From an uncultured virus (IMG/VR IMGVR_UViG_3300025646_000023) (lineage: Duplodnaviria; Heunggongvirae; Uroviricota; Caudoviricetes): a stretch of 64,000 bases of DNA. Below the pieces are notes generated by a model. The model saw only the letters and a list, made by a program, of their open reading frames with translations. It did not search any database and was not told where the DNA came from. Where the stretch lies: the IMG/VR virus record IMGVR_UViG_3300025646_000023, one strand, 5' to 3'. The translations under genes were made by a program, and so were the position numbers. Positions within the stretch are counted from its first letter, which is position 1. Each line of letters starts with the position of its first letter. Below, piece by piece: positions 26,335 through 34,659 of this stretch.

Positions 26335-26549
26335 TCTAGTCCTGCAACAGTCAGCTGATCTTTAGTTTCTTGAGCTGCTTGCTCCAGCTGGCGCTGTTTG
26401 ATCACCGTAAGAATCTCAAGAGCACCCTGAACTTTAAGATAACCTTCTTTATTACGTAAGATCTTTTCTTCCTCTTCTCGAATTGTTTCAGCAAGAGAGG
26501 AGAGTTGAACTTGCAGACCAGTTTCTAAATCAGAAATAATGGTGTCCAT
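26331..26549 (-). CDS. hypothetical coiled-coil protein
   Basis: ORF track; LKVQGALEIL. Confidence 0.65.
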   Translation of the reverse strand: MDTIISDLETGLQVQLSSLAETIREEEEKILRNKEGYLKVQGALEILTVIKQRQLEQAAQETKDQLTVAGLD

Positions 26550-26575
26550 AGGTACAGATTTTTTGCAATAGTAAT

Positions 26576-27820
26576 TTACTTTAAGTCAATCCACCAGCCC
26601 GTACCTTCTCCTTCTACCATCCAGCGCCTATAGAAGAAGTTGTAGGTATAGAGCACTTCTTTACCATTGGTTGTTTTGTATTCGCCAGTGTAGTTGTCAA
26701 GTTGTCCCCAGGGGTCATGGACAATGAACTTCTTGGCTTCATCCTGGTAACCAATCACACAGATCCAGTGACCACTACCTGTGGGGGCATTGGCAGGGCC
26801 TTTGTGGAGGATACCAACTGGACAGGGTACATCTTCATCGAGGCGTTGCTTGAGCTCTTCGATGGTGCCATTCTGTTTGAATTTAGGACTAAAGCCAAGG
26901 CTTTGGAGAACTTTGAGTTGAGTGGCCACTTCAACAGTGTCACCAATAGCAAAAACCTTTTTAAGATAATCATTATCAGTACTGATGCAACCAGGGCGTA
27001 GGTACATGGCAGCCATGGCGCAAGCAGAGGAGAAGCAAGTACGGCTTGCATCTCTATAGTTATCACGCTGTGATTGATAGGGAACAGCTAATTTAACGCC
27101 ATCATATTTAATCTCTGCTTTATCTTTAGGGTGATTAAGAACACCTTTTAATCCATACCAGTGTTCATCAAAAACCCACCAGGTACCTAGGTTATAAGGG
27201 AATACAAGCTGTGTATGTTTATCTTTTTTAGCAATAACTTCTACACCTTTATAGCTGCGATCTTCTTTGATGCGCACCTTTTGATCCGGCCTTAGATCAC
27301 CACTGGGAATTGGTTCTTTTTTAAGAAAGGTATCAACAGTACATGTAATATCAATTTCATTTTGCTTCTGTTTCTCTGCTCGACCTGAAGTAAACAGTAG
27401 AACTTCTTTCTTTCGCCGCTCTACTAAACCTGGGAGAGTGACACCATGATCACCCTTAACCCACTTAGGTAACTCTTCTTCTGCAACTTTATTAGGATCT
27501 TCGTTGTTATTAAGACGCTTCCTTAAGGTAGAACGCTCTAATGCGCCAGCACCACAGTTGTATGTGAAGGAGACTAAGGCATCAAACTGTGCCTGGTTAA
27601 TCCTAGCAACAACCAGATCTTGTACGGCCCGTTCAAACTGCGCTACATCAGCACGGAGAAACCGATCAGCTTGGTCTTCGCTGATGGTCATATTGGCTTT
27701 TACATCAGGGCCAGTGTGTCCCCAGCCAATAGTCCAGACGCCAGCTGGACAAAGGTAGCTCTTTAAGCGGAGTCCTTCAAATTCTTTGATAAGTGCTAGG
27801 CCAGCATCGGAGATCCGCAT
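26576..27820 (-). CDS. endolysin: GH24 lysozyme fused to a C39-like peptidase
   Basis: GLALIKEFEGL..Y.CPAGVWTIGWGHT, FDALVSFTYN, GLVERRKKE; then VPYQSQRDN..TCFSSACAM, GHW.CVIGY, HDPWG. Confidence 0.9.
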   Translation of the reverse strand: MRISDAGLALIKEFEGLRLKSYLCPAGVWTIGWGHTGPDVKANMTISEDQADRFLRADVAQFERAVQDLVVARINQAQFDALVSFTYNCGAGALERSTLRKRLNNNEDPNKVAEEELPKWVKGDHGVTLPGLVERRKKEVLLFTSGRAEKQKQNEIDITCTVDTFLKKEPIPSGDLRPDQKVRIKEDRSYKGVEVIAKKDKHTQLVFPYNLGTWWVFDEHWYGLKGVLNHPKDKAEIKYDGVKLAVPYQSQRDNYRDASRTCFSSACAMAAMYLRPGCISTDNDYLKKVFAIGDTVEVATQLKVLQSLGFSPKFKQNGTIEELKQRLDEDVPCPVGILHKGPANAPTGSGHWICVIGYQDEAKKFIVHDPWGQLDNYTGEYKTTNGKEVLYTYNFFYRRWMVEGEGTGWWIDLK

Positions 27821-27883
27821 GAGTACATTAAAAAGCTGTACCCATTATAAATAAATACAGCTAAGAAGTAATAATGTAATTAA

Positions 27884-28258
27884 CTACTGAGGTTTAACTG
27901 GCCATACAACTGTTTCTGGAAAATTTTGTTGCTGAGGAACATCTAGAAGTGCTTGCCTGTAAGTTCGCCAGGAATCCTGTAATTGTGCATTCATTGATTC
28001 CCAACGCAAAGGATTAAGCACATCAACCTCTTCTTTTAAAAGTTGGTTGCGCTGCTCTCTTAAGCTTTTTGCTTTCAAGGCTAATAGCTCTTGCTCTGTT
28101 AATGCGTTTGGATTCTTAAAAGCGTTTCCATCGTATTCCCAGCCAATACCCGCATTGCCTTGAAGCTGGACCCATCCTTGACTATTAGCAAAATCGGCTT
28201 CTGCAACTGCGGTATTAACAACGATACCGTTTTCGATAATTGCGTAATTAGACATGAT
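27884..28258 (-). CDS. tail fibre assembly chaperone
   Basis: REQRNQLL...W.TYRQALLDVPQQ..FP..VVWP.KP. Confidence 0.8.
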   Translation of the reverse strand: MMSNYAIIENGIVVNTAVAEADFANSQGWVQLQGNAGIGWEYDGNAFKNPNALTEQELLALKAKSLREQRNQLLKEEVDVLNPLRWESMNAQLQDSWRTYRQALLDVPQQQNFPETVVWPVKPQ

Positions 28259-29838
28259 TACACCCATTGAATACGTACAAGACCGTCTGAGCCAGATTGG
28301 GCACTTCCAAGAGCACCTCCTCCTGCACCGCCGCCACCTGGAGAGCTCGGATAAGCAAAATTATAAAATGCAAGAGTACCACCGTTAGTTAATGCAAGAC
28401 CTCCCCTGGAGCCGGATGCTCCAAATCCTCCAAATGAAGACATAGAATTACTTTGTGTATCAAGAAATCCTAATCCAAAGGATCCCGATAGACTCCAGTC
28501 TCCACTACCTGACCCGCCAGATGCTCCAGCGCTGCTTGGATTAGTGTATCCTCCTCCTGATCCTCCGTTTCCACTAATAGTTTTTGAAGAATGTACAAAT
28601 GAAGACTGTCCACCGCTAGTACCGAAGGAGTTGGTGCTTGAAGCCCCTGAACCCCCAGTTCCAACTGTAATCGTACAAGAGTCGCCAGGTGTAACGTTTA
28701 CATACCCAGCGCCATAACCTCCTCCTCCGCCTCCTGAACCTATTAGATAGTTATTATTAGTTCTTCCACCGCCGCCTCCAGCTCCCCAAGCTTGGACAAA
28801 GAGACGCCTAACTCCAGAAGGCACAGTAAATGTTCCAGAAGATGAGAAGTCTTGATAATTAAATCCTTCTAATCTATTCAGTTCAAACGCAGTTCCCGTG
28901 CAAGAAAATAACCATAAATCACCGGGATTCAGCGCAGCAGTTGATACACCTCCAATAAGCTCAGAAGCATTGGGGTCAATAGTAATTGTTCCTGTTCCTA
29001 TATTTTTAACAAACAAATACCAGCCATCTCCTAATGTAGCAGCTGCAGTTAAAGATAAAGTCCAACTGCCACTACATAAAAGCATGTAGCCTGAATCTGC
29101 TTCTACTGCTGTGTAGGCGCTTGTTTTGCTTGCGACATTTAGAGAAGACCCAGCAGCAATAGTAGCAAAAGCTAAAACACCTGCACCGTTAGTACTTAAT
29201 ACTTGACCTGTTGTACCATCTGCATTTGGCAGGGTCCAAGTAACATTACTAGCAACAGTTGCAGGTGCTTGGAAAGCAACCCAGTTACTACTATCTGCGT
29301 CTGCAAAACGCAAATCATACTGAGAATTAAGTGTTAAATCAGCTCCAAATGTTTGAGCTGCAGACCAAGTTTGTGCTGCATCGAGTTTAGCTGTGTCTAC
29401 ATCATAACCTTGAACGGTTACTCCAATATCAGCACTCTTTAGAGTTGTTGCATCATAACCTTGAACGGTTACTCCAATATCAGCTGGAACTAAAGATGTT
29501 GGAAGTGTTGACCAAGAAGGCGCAGATCCTGAACCAGAACTCGTTAAGACTTGGCCATTTGTACCATAAGTGGCACCACCTATTCCAATTTCTCCATTAG
29601 AACCAATTCTGATCTGTTCAGAACCTGATGTTGCAATAGAAACCTGATCAGCTCCAGGGCTATAAAGTCCTGTATTAGTGTCACCAATAAAGGTAATAGA
29701 TGGCGTTGATGCGCTACCTAAACTAAAAGGACTATTAGTTGCAGAAGAAGTCCATTTAGTTCCATCCCAAATATAGGTAACAGAACCGACTATAAATACT
29801 TGTCCTGTTGTTGGACTAGAAGGAAAATCAATTGCCAT
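28258..29838 (-). CDS. tail fibre protein with Gly-rich C-terminal domain
   Basis: Tail fibre repeats (PSITF.GDTNTG.YSPGADQ, NVTWTLP..DGT.GQVL); SSGTFTVPSGV..GAGGGGG. Confidence 0.8.
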   Translation of the reverse strand: MAIDFPSSPTTGQVFIVGSVTYIWDGTKWTSSATNSPFSLGSASTPSITFIGDTNTGLYSPGADQVSIATSGSEQIRIGSNGEIGIGGATYGTNGQVLTSSGSGSAPSWSTLPTSLVPADIGVTVQGYDATTLKSADIGVTVQGYDVDTAKLDAAQTWSAAQTFGADLTLNSQYDLRFADADSSNWVAFQAPATVASNVTWTLPNADGTTGQVLSTNGAGVLAFATIAAGSSLNVASKTSAYTAVEADSGYMLLCSGSWTLSLTAAATLGDGWYLFVKNIGTGTITIDPNASELIGGVSTAALNPGDLWLFSCTGTAFELNRLEGFNYQDFSSSGTFTVPSGVRRLFVQAWGAGGGGGRTNNNYLIGSGGGGGGYGAGYVNVTPGDSCTITVGTGGSGASSTNSFGTSGGQSSFVHSSKTISGNGGSGGGYTNPSSAGASGGSGSGDWSLSGSFGLGFLDTQSNSMSSFGGFGASGSRGGLALTNGGTLAFYNFAYPSSPGGGGAGGGALGSAQSGSDGLVRIQWV

Positions 29839-29874
29839 AACTAATAACCTTTATTTAATAATACTGCCGAATAA

Positions 29875-30381
29875 TTAAGCAGGTACAGGTGGCCACTGCA
29901 CGTTCCAAGGAAACCCAGCTTGCTCGGGCACCATGCGCAGCGTTTCACGGTAGAGCTGCCACGCCAACTTGGCGTCAGCATCTAAAGGGCTGTCGGCAAG
30001 TTGGGTCCAGTCGCAATCAGCGAGGCGGCGGTTGCGGTCATCGCGTACCACCTTGGCTTGCTCAGCATCCTTGCCAAAGCAATACGCCTCATACTGCTCT
30101 GCTGCGGTATGCACCACGCCTTGGTCGTCGGTGTAGTCCTGGAAGACGGGACCGGCGATGTATTTGGTGAACCACTGCCCGTTGATTTCTTCGACACCAT
30201 CCCGCTGGCTGTATTGATAGGGCGGTGTGACCGTTGCTTGCGGACCTTCCAGCACTGGGTCGTAGCCGAAATCATCGATGATCTCAGGAGTAATGACTGG
30301 CGGGAAGCTGGTCTGTGGGTGTTCGCGGCAAAACTCGTCTTGATTTACGACGACGCCAGTAATGCGATTACGGAGTTCCAT
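29875..30381 (-). CDS. tail fibre assembly chaperone
   Basis: RDDRNRRLADCDWTQLADSP...W..YR..LR.VP.QAGFPW.V.WP. Confidence 0.85.
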   Translation of the reverse strand: MELRNRITGVVVNQDEFCREHPQTSFPPVITPEIIDDFGYDPVLEGPQATVTPPYQYSQRDGVEEINGQWFTKYIAGPVFQDYTDDQGVVHTAAEQYEAYCFGKDAEQAKVVRDDRNRRLADCDWTQLADSPLDADAKLAWQLYRETLRMVPEQAGFPWNVQWPPVPA

Positions 30382-30405
30382 GATTAATTATTGATGAAGG
30401 GGAAA

Positions 30406-32391
30406 TTAGGCAATGGCAAGGAAGATGTATTGCCCGCCGTTGGTATTTAATTCTCCAGGAGCTGCTCCAGGAACAGTAAAGCCTGAAGCTAATGGATCAA
30501 GAAAATCATCCGTTGTCACTTCAGCGCTTGTTAAGTTAAGGCGCAAATACGGATCATTGCCACTTGAAATGCCGCGAGCGGTGTCCCAAACATACCAACC
30601 GCCCGCGCCGTCTGTGCGCTTGATTAACACAAATCGCGCGCCATTAGTGAAGCCACAATCAATATTGAGCGTAGAGCCCGTTCCCGTGTAGCTTCCCACT
30701 TTACTTACGCCTGGGCAGGAGGCGAAGAGGTAGGCGATGTAAGTGTCCCCACTACCATTCACTGAACCGTGTGTGGCTAGATTTATATCCGTAGAAGTTG
30801 GGGCACTTGACCATCTTTCGGCTGTGCCTGTTCTGTCTATAGCTTGAGTGGTTGTGTTTAATTCTAAGCAGTTATTTGGCTCAGTTGGACCTGAGTAGAC
30901 TTGCCACCCTTCAATACCATTTCTCCTTTTAACAATCATCAACTCAGGAACCGCGCCAAGATTGTGCGCAACAGTCCTGACAATGCCCGTGCCTGTATAA
31001 GCCACAATGTCGAAGAAGCCTGGGGCCCGACGCATGAAATAAAAGATATAGTTCCCGAAGCTCGAGCTATTCCAGCCTGACCCCCTTGTAATATTTTGCC
31101 CATCAGCTTTTAACTGGACATAGCTTTGATTAATTGAATTTTCAGCACCTGTAGAGGAAGAAATAAGATACGGAGCAGATGCTGAAAAAGTATTACTAGG
31201 GGTGCCAAGTCCGCGGAGTCTATCAACAAAGGTAAAAAGATTGTATCCAACTGTTCTATCTGTGCCATTTCTTGAAAATGTATTAACCAGATCAGGAGGA
31301 AATGGAACGTTCGTAGAATCAGTGTTGTCGGCTTGAGGCACACTATTTGCATAAAACACCTTTGTTGCATCCGTAGGCGTCTTCATCGGCCCGCGACGGA
31401 TGGCAATATAGATGTAGTTATTGCTTGAAAGCTGCTCGTACACAAAGAAACCGCTTGCGGTTGGATAGCCTATGCGGGTACCTGTAGCTTCAGCGTCAGA
31501 TGAGTTTGGATTCAAGCGATTGTCGTCAAATCCTCGCCCGTTATTTGGGAACCCACGCATAATATCTACGAGCTTCCAGCTCTCTGATGTTGACGTGTTT
31601 TTTATCAATACCCACTGAGGCTCCCAGCCAAGAGTTACCGTTGCATCACCTAAAGCATCAGTGGTAAAACTCCCACAGCTAATCACATTTTGACCACTGT
31701 CCTCGCCAAACCCGCCAGCGTCGTGCGCGAATAAATAGGCGACATAAGTGGCGCCGCTTGCATTAATTACCGCAGTGCTTACCTTGAACTCTGTTGAGGT
31801 AGGAGTAAAAGACGCCCAAATATCAGTGTTATTGCTTACAGCGCTAGTTTCGTTTAGACGCAAGCTAGAGGAATTGCCAGTGCTTCGATGATAAACAAAC
31901 CAACTGCCTGTGCTATCAGTACGTTTTAGGAAAATGCAACCAGGCACTGAGCCAAGGCTATGAGAGAGAGTGCGGTTTGATGTGCCATCTCCCGTATAAG
32001 TAACTATGTCAAAAAACTTTTCCGCTTGACGGAAGGTCCAAGAAACGTATGTTTTTCCTCCTTGATTAACTTGCGCTGTCGTTGTATCTGCACCAAGACT
32101 AAAACCGTCTGCATTAAAACTGGTTAATGCATCAGTGCCAAATAATTGTTCCCCGTTTGTATTGGTTGTAGACAAAAATTTGTTAACACCCCTAACCGTA
32201 TCTTGCAATTGATGAGGATCTGCTTCATTTCTTTTCTTAATCCAAACCAAACCTCCCTCGCCGCTCAGATCAATCCCATTCGTGATCGTCTGCGTGCTTC
32301 CGTTGCCGGTATAGAGGTATGTGCTAAATACATCCTCAACGTAAACTTTGGCGGCGCTGGCAGATGCAGCAAGTGCTTTAGTGTTCAGCAT
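30406..32391 (-). CDS. tail fibre / receptor-binding protein
   Basis: Repeated YTG.G, FFDIV.YTG, YIAYLFA and KVGSYTG modules. Confidence 0.8.
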   Translation of the reverse strand: MLNTKALAASASAAKVYVEDVFSTYLYTGNGSTQTITNGIDLSGEGGLVWIKKRNEADPHQLQDTVRGVNKFLSTTNTNGEQLFGTDALTSFNADGFSLGADTTTAQVNQGGKTYVSWTFRQAEKFFDIVTYTGDGTSNRTLSHSLGSVPGCIFLKRTDSTGSWFVYHRSTGNSSSLRLNETSAVSNNTDIWASFTPTSTEFKVSTAVINASGATYVAYLFAHDAGGFGEDSGQNVISCGSFTTDALGDATVTLGWEPQWVLIKNTSTSESWKLVDIMRGFPNNGRGFDDNRLNPNSSDAEATGTRIGYPTASGFFVYEQLSSNNYIYIAIRRGPMKTPTDATKVFYANSVPQADNTDSTNVPFPPDLVNTFSRNGTDRTVGYNLFTFVDRLRGLGTPSNTFSASAPYLISSSTGAENSINQSYVQLKADGQNITRGSGWNSSSFGNYIFYFMRRAPGFFDIVAYTGTGIVRTVAHNLGAVPELMIVKRRNGIEGWQVYSGPTEPNNCLELNTTTQAIDRTGTAERWSSAPTSTDINLATHGSVNGSGDTYIAYLFASCPGVSKVGSYTGTGSTLNIDCGFTNGARFVLIKRTDGAGGWYVWDTARGISSGNDPYLRLNLTSAEVTTDDFLDPLASGFTVPGAAPGELNTNGGQYIFLAIA

Positions 32392-33143
32392 CAGGCATCA
32401 CCCACGCGAGCGCCGTACACCTGCGTGCCGACTTTCCACAACACAATAACGGTGTAACCCGTTGTATTCAGCGTTGGTGCGTTCCCTCCTCCGGTCTTCC
32501 ACACAACGCCACTGCCGCCAAAGGTCGCATCACTCCAAGTCAGCGTATAAGCGCTGCCGTCATCCACCATCAGCGTCACAGACTCACCTGCCGCAAAGTT
32601 TGTGGCTTTAGGTGTACGGTTGGCGCCAAGCGTAATCAACTGGATGCTGCCATTACCAGGGTCAATCTCAAAGGCAGCACCGTCTGTAATGGTATAAATA
32701 TCTTCTAATATGCTACCGATAATTGCTGGATCTGTTAGTGTCTGTACAGCAGTAAATGTTTGAACTACATCTAGCTTTGCTGTATCAGCATCATAGGCTT
32801 GAACAGTTGAACCAATATCTGAACTAATTAATGCAGTACCATCTGCATCAGGTAACGTAATTGTACGAGATGCAGTTAAGGTTGTAGGAACAATTTCACT
32901 CGTATAAGAACTACTACCTCCGGCTCTACCTCTTAATAAGATTCCATCTTGTGTAGAAGTCTGGCGAAAGATCTGACCGGTGCTATTTGTAAATGTATTA
33001 GCACCAGTAAAAGCATTATTTGCAGATAAAGAAATGCCACCATTCAGCGATGCAGTCCATTTAGTCCCGTCCCAAGTATACGTAACGTTACCAGATGTAA
33101 AAGTTTGTCCAGTTGTGGGACTTGCAGGAAAGTCAATCGCCAT
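32391..33143 (-). CDS. tail fibre protein
   Basis: MAIDFP.SPTTGQ N-terminus shared with 28258-29838. Confidence 0.75.
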   Translation of the reverse strand: MAIDFPASPTTGQTFTSGNVTYTWDGTKWTASLNGGISLSANNAFTGANTFTNSTGQIFRQTSTQDGILLRGRAGGSSSYTSEIVPTTLTASRTITLPDADGTALISSDIGSTVQAYDADTAKLDVVQTFTAVQTLTDPAIIGSILEDIYTITDGAAFEIDPGNGSIQLITLGANRTPKATNFAAGESVTLMVDDGSAYTLTWSDATFGGSGVVWKTGGGNAPTLNTTGYTVIVLWKVGTQVYGARVGDA

Positions 33144-33231
33144 AATTAATTACCTGGTTTTATTTCAAAAGCTACTTCTATTATAAATAAAAGTAGCCAA
33201 GATACTTAGTTCAGCTCAAAACAACTATTTA

Positions 33232-33474
33232 CTAAGGAGTAACAGCAGGTTCTGGAGCATCAGGCTCCGGTGGATCCGGTGGTGGTGGAGGAGGAGGCGG
33301 CGGTGGTACAAAAGTACCATCTGGTTCTTTAATCCAGTTTTGCTCTACTTCATTAGGACATGGTTCAAACTGTGCCACAATTTCAGGAGTAAAACAATCT
33401 TCAATTGTGAAAGGAGGAGGTGGTGTAAACACCTCAATCACAATGTTGTCAGAAGAGATACGTGCGTATTTCAT
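33232..33474 (-). CDS. small tail-associated protein with poly-Pro tail
   Basis: MKYARI..., W...DGTFVPPPPPPP. Confidence 0.65.
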   Translation of the reverse strand: MKYARISSDNIVIEVFTPPPPFTIEDCFTPEIVAQFEPCPNEVEQNWIKEPDGTFVPPPPPPPPPPDPPEPDAPEPAVTP

Positions 33475-33479
33475 GATGA

Positions 33480-34340
33480 TTAGTACTCCACAATTACAAG
33501 ACCGTTTCCACCTTTTCCTCTAGAGCCCGAATCTCCTCCAGCTCCTACTGTTACTGCATAGCTTGTACCTGGTGTAACAGTTGCGGTTTTTAATGCAAAA
33601 CCACCGCCTCCAGCGCCAGAATTACCATTTATACCACCGCCTCCTCCTCCCGGAAATCCGCCACTCCCTGCCCAATAATTAGTGGTTGATTGTGTACCAC
33701 CACCGCCGCCGCCGTTAACTCCTGATCCTGGAACACTTTCCAGTCCAGTTGCAATATTACTTGATCCTCCTCCCCCACTTCCTGTACCTAATAAATCTAT
33801 TGATAAAGATTGTAAATCATATCCAGGAAATAACGATCCGTCTTCGCCTGCAAAAGCATAATAACTACTTCCGCCACCATATCCCCGCGCTCCGCCAGTA
33901 CCAGTAATTCCGTCTCCACCCTGTGCTTCTGAAGCACCACCACCTCCAGAGGTTCCGTCTATTCCGGGTGCGCCTGTTGTGCTTCCTCCAGTTCCACCTG
34001 TTCCAAATAAATTTCCAGCCCCGCCGCCACCTCCTCTGCTTCCACTTCCTCCATTTCCTCCGGAATTATTTATATCCCCACCACTACCGTTTCCTGGAGT
34101 AGTAGAGCTTCCACCAGTTGCAGATACAAGTGCGCCAAAAGAAGAAGTGTTGCCGCCACTGGCACCTGCTCCTCCTCCCCAAAGTCTTACACGAATTTGG
34201 GTAACTCCGGAAGGAACTATAAATGTTCCAGAGGTGAGATAAGAGATAATTTTACCTGTCCCAAAAGGTCCTTGAGCTGGGTAGCTAAACATAGGGACAT
34301 CTCGAGAATTACTTAAGCTTTGAGTTAGTTGGCGCCCCAT
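33480..34340 (-). CDS. Gly-rich tail fibre protein
   Basis: SGTFIVPSGV..WGGGAG...VTVGAGG...GLVIVEY. Confidence 0.75.
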   Translation of the reverse strand: MGRQLTQSLSNSRDVPMFSYPAQGPFGTGKIISYLTSGTFIVPSGVTQIRVRLWGGGAGASGGNTSSFGALVSATGGSSTTPGNGSGGDINNSGGNGGSGSRGGGGGAGNLFGTGGTGGSTTGAPGIDGTSGGGGASEAQGGDGITGTGGARGYGGGSSYYAFAGEDGSLFPGYDLQSLSIDLLGTGSGGGGSSNIATGLESVPGSGVNGGGGGGTQSTTNYWAGSGGFPGGGGGGINGNSGAGGGGFALKTATVTPGTSYAVTVGAGGDSGSRGKGGNGLVIVEY

Positions 34341-34342
34341 AA

Positions 34343-34657
34343 TTAAACCTCTTCAAAACCAAAAACAGAAACGGCTGCAGTAGCAGCACTAACATTTACA
34401 ACTACATTTTTTGTTGCTTGAGCAACAATTCCTGTTCTCTCTAAAACACCAAATGAAGGAATAGTTGTATCATACTCTAACCATTCACTTGAACCTGGTG
34501 TTCCAGTCGCAGAAATAGCTAATCTTGCAGTAATAGATGAACTACTCGTATTGCAAATACTAACGCAAAAAGTAGAAGTTGTAGCTGCAGGTACTGTATA
34601 AACAGTTGTGTTTGTAGCAGCTGTGGGAGCAGATTGCCCCAGGATTCCATTAGCCAT
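34343..34657 (-). CDS. small virion structural protein
   Basis: TTVYTVPA...SICN...VSVFGFEE. Confidence 0.7.
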   Translation of the reverse strand: MANGILGQSAPTAATNTTVYTVPAATTSTFCVSICNTSSSSITARLAISATGTPGSSEWLEYDTTIPSFGVLERTGIVAQATKNVVVNVSAATAAVSVFGFEEV

Positions 34658-34659
34658 AA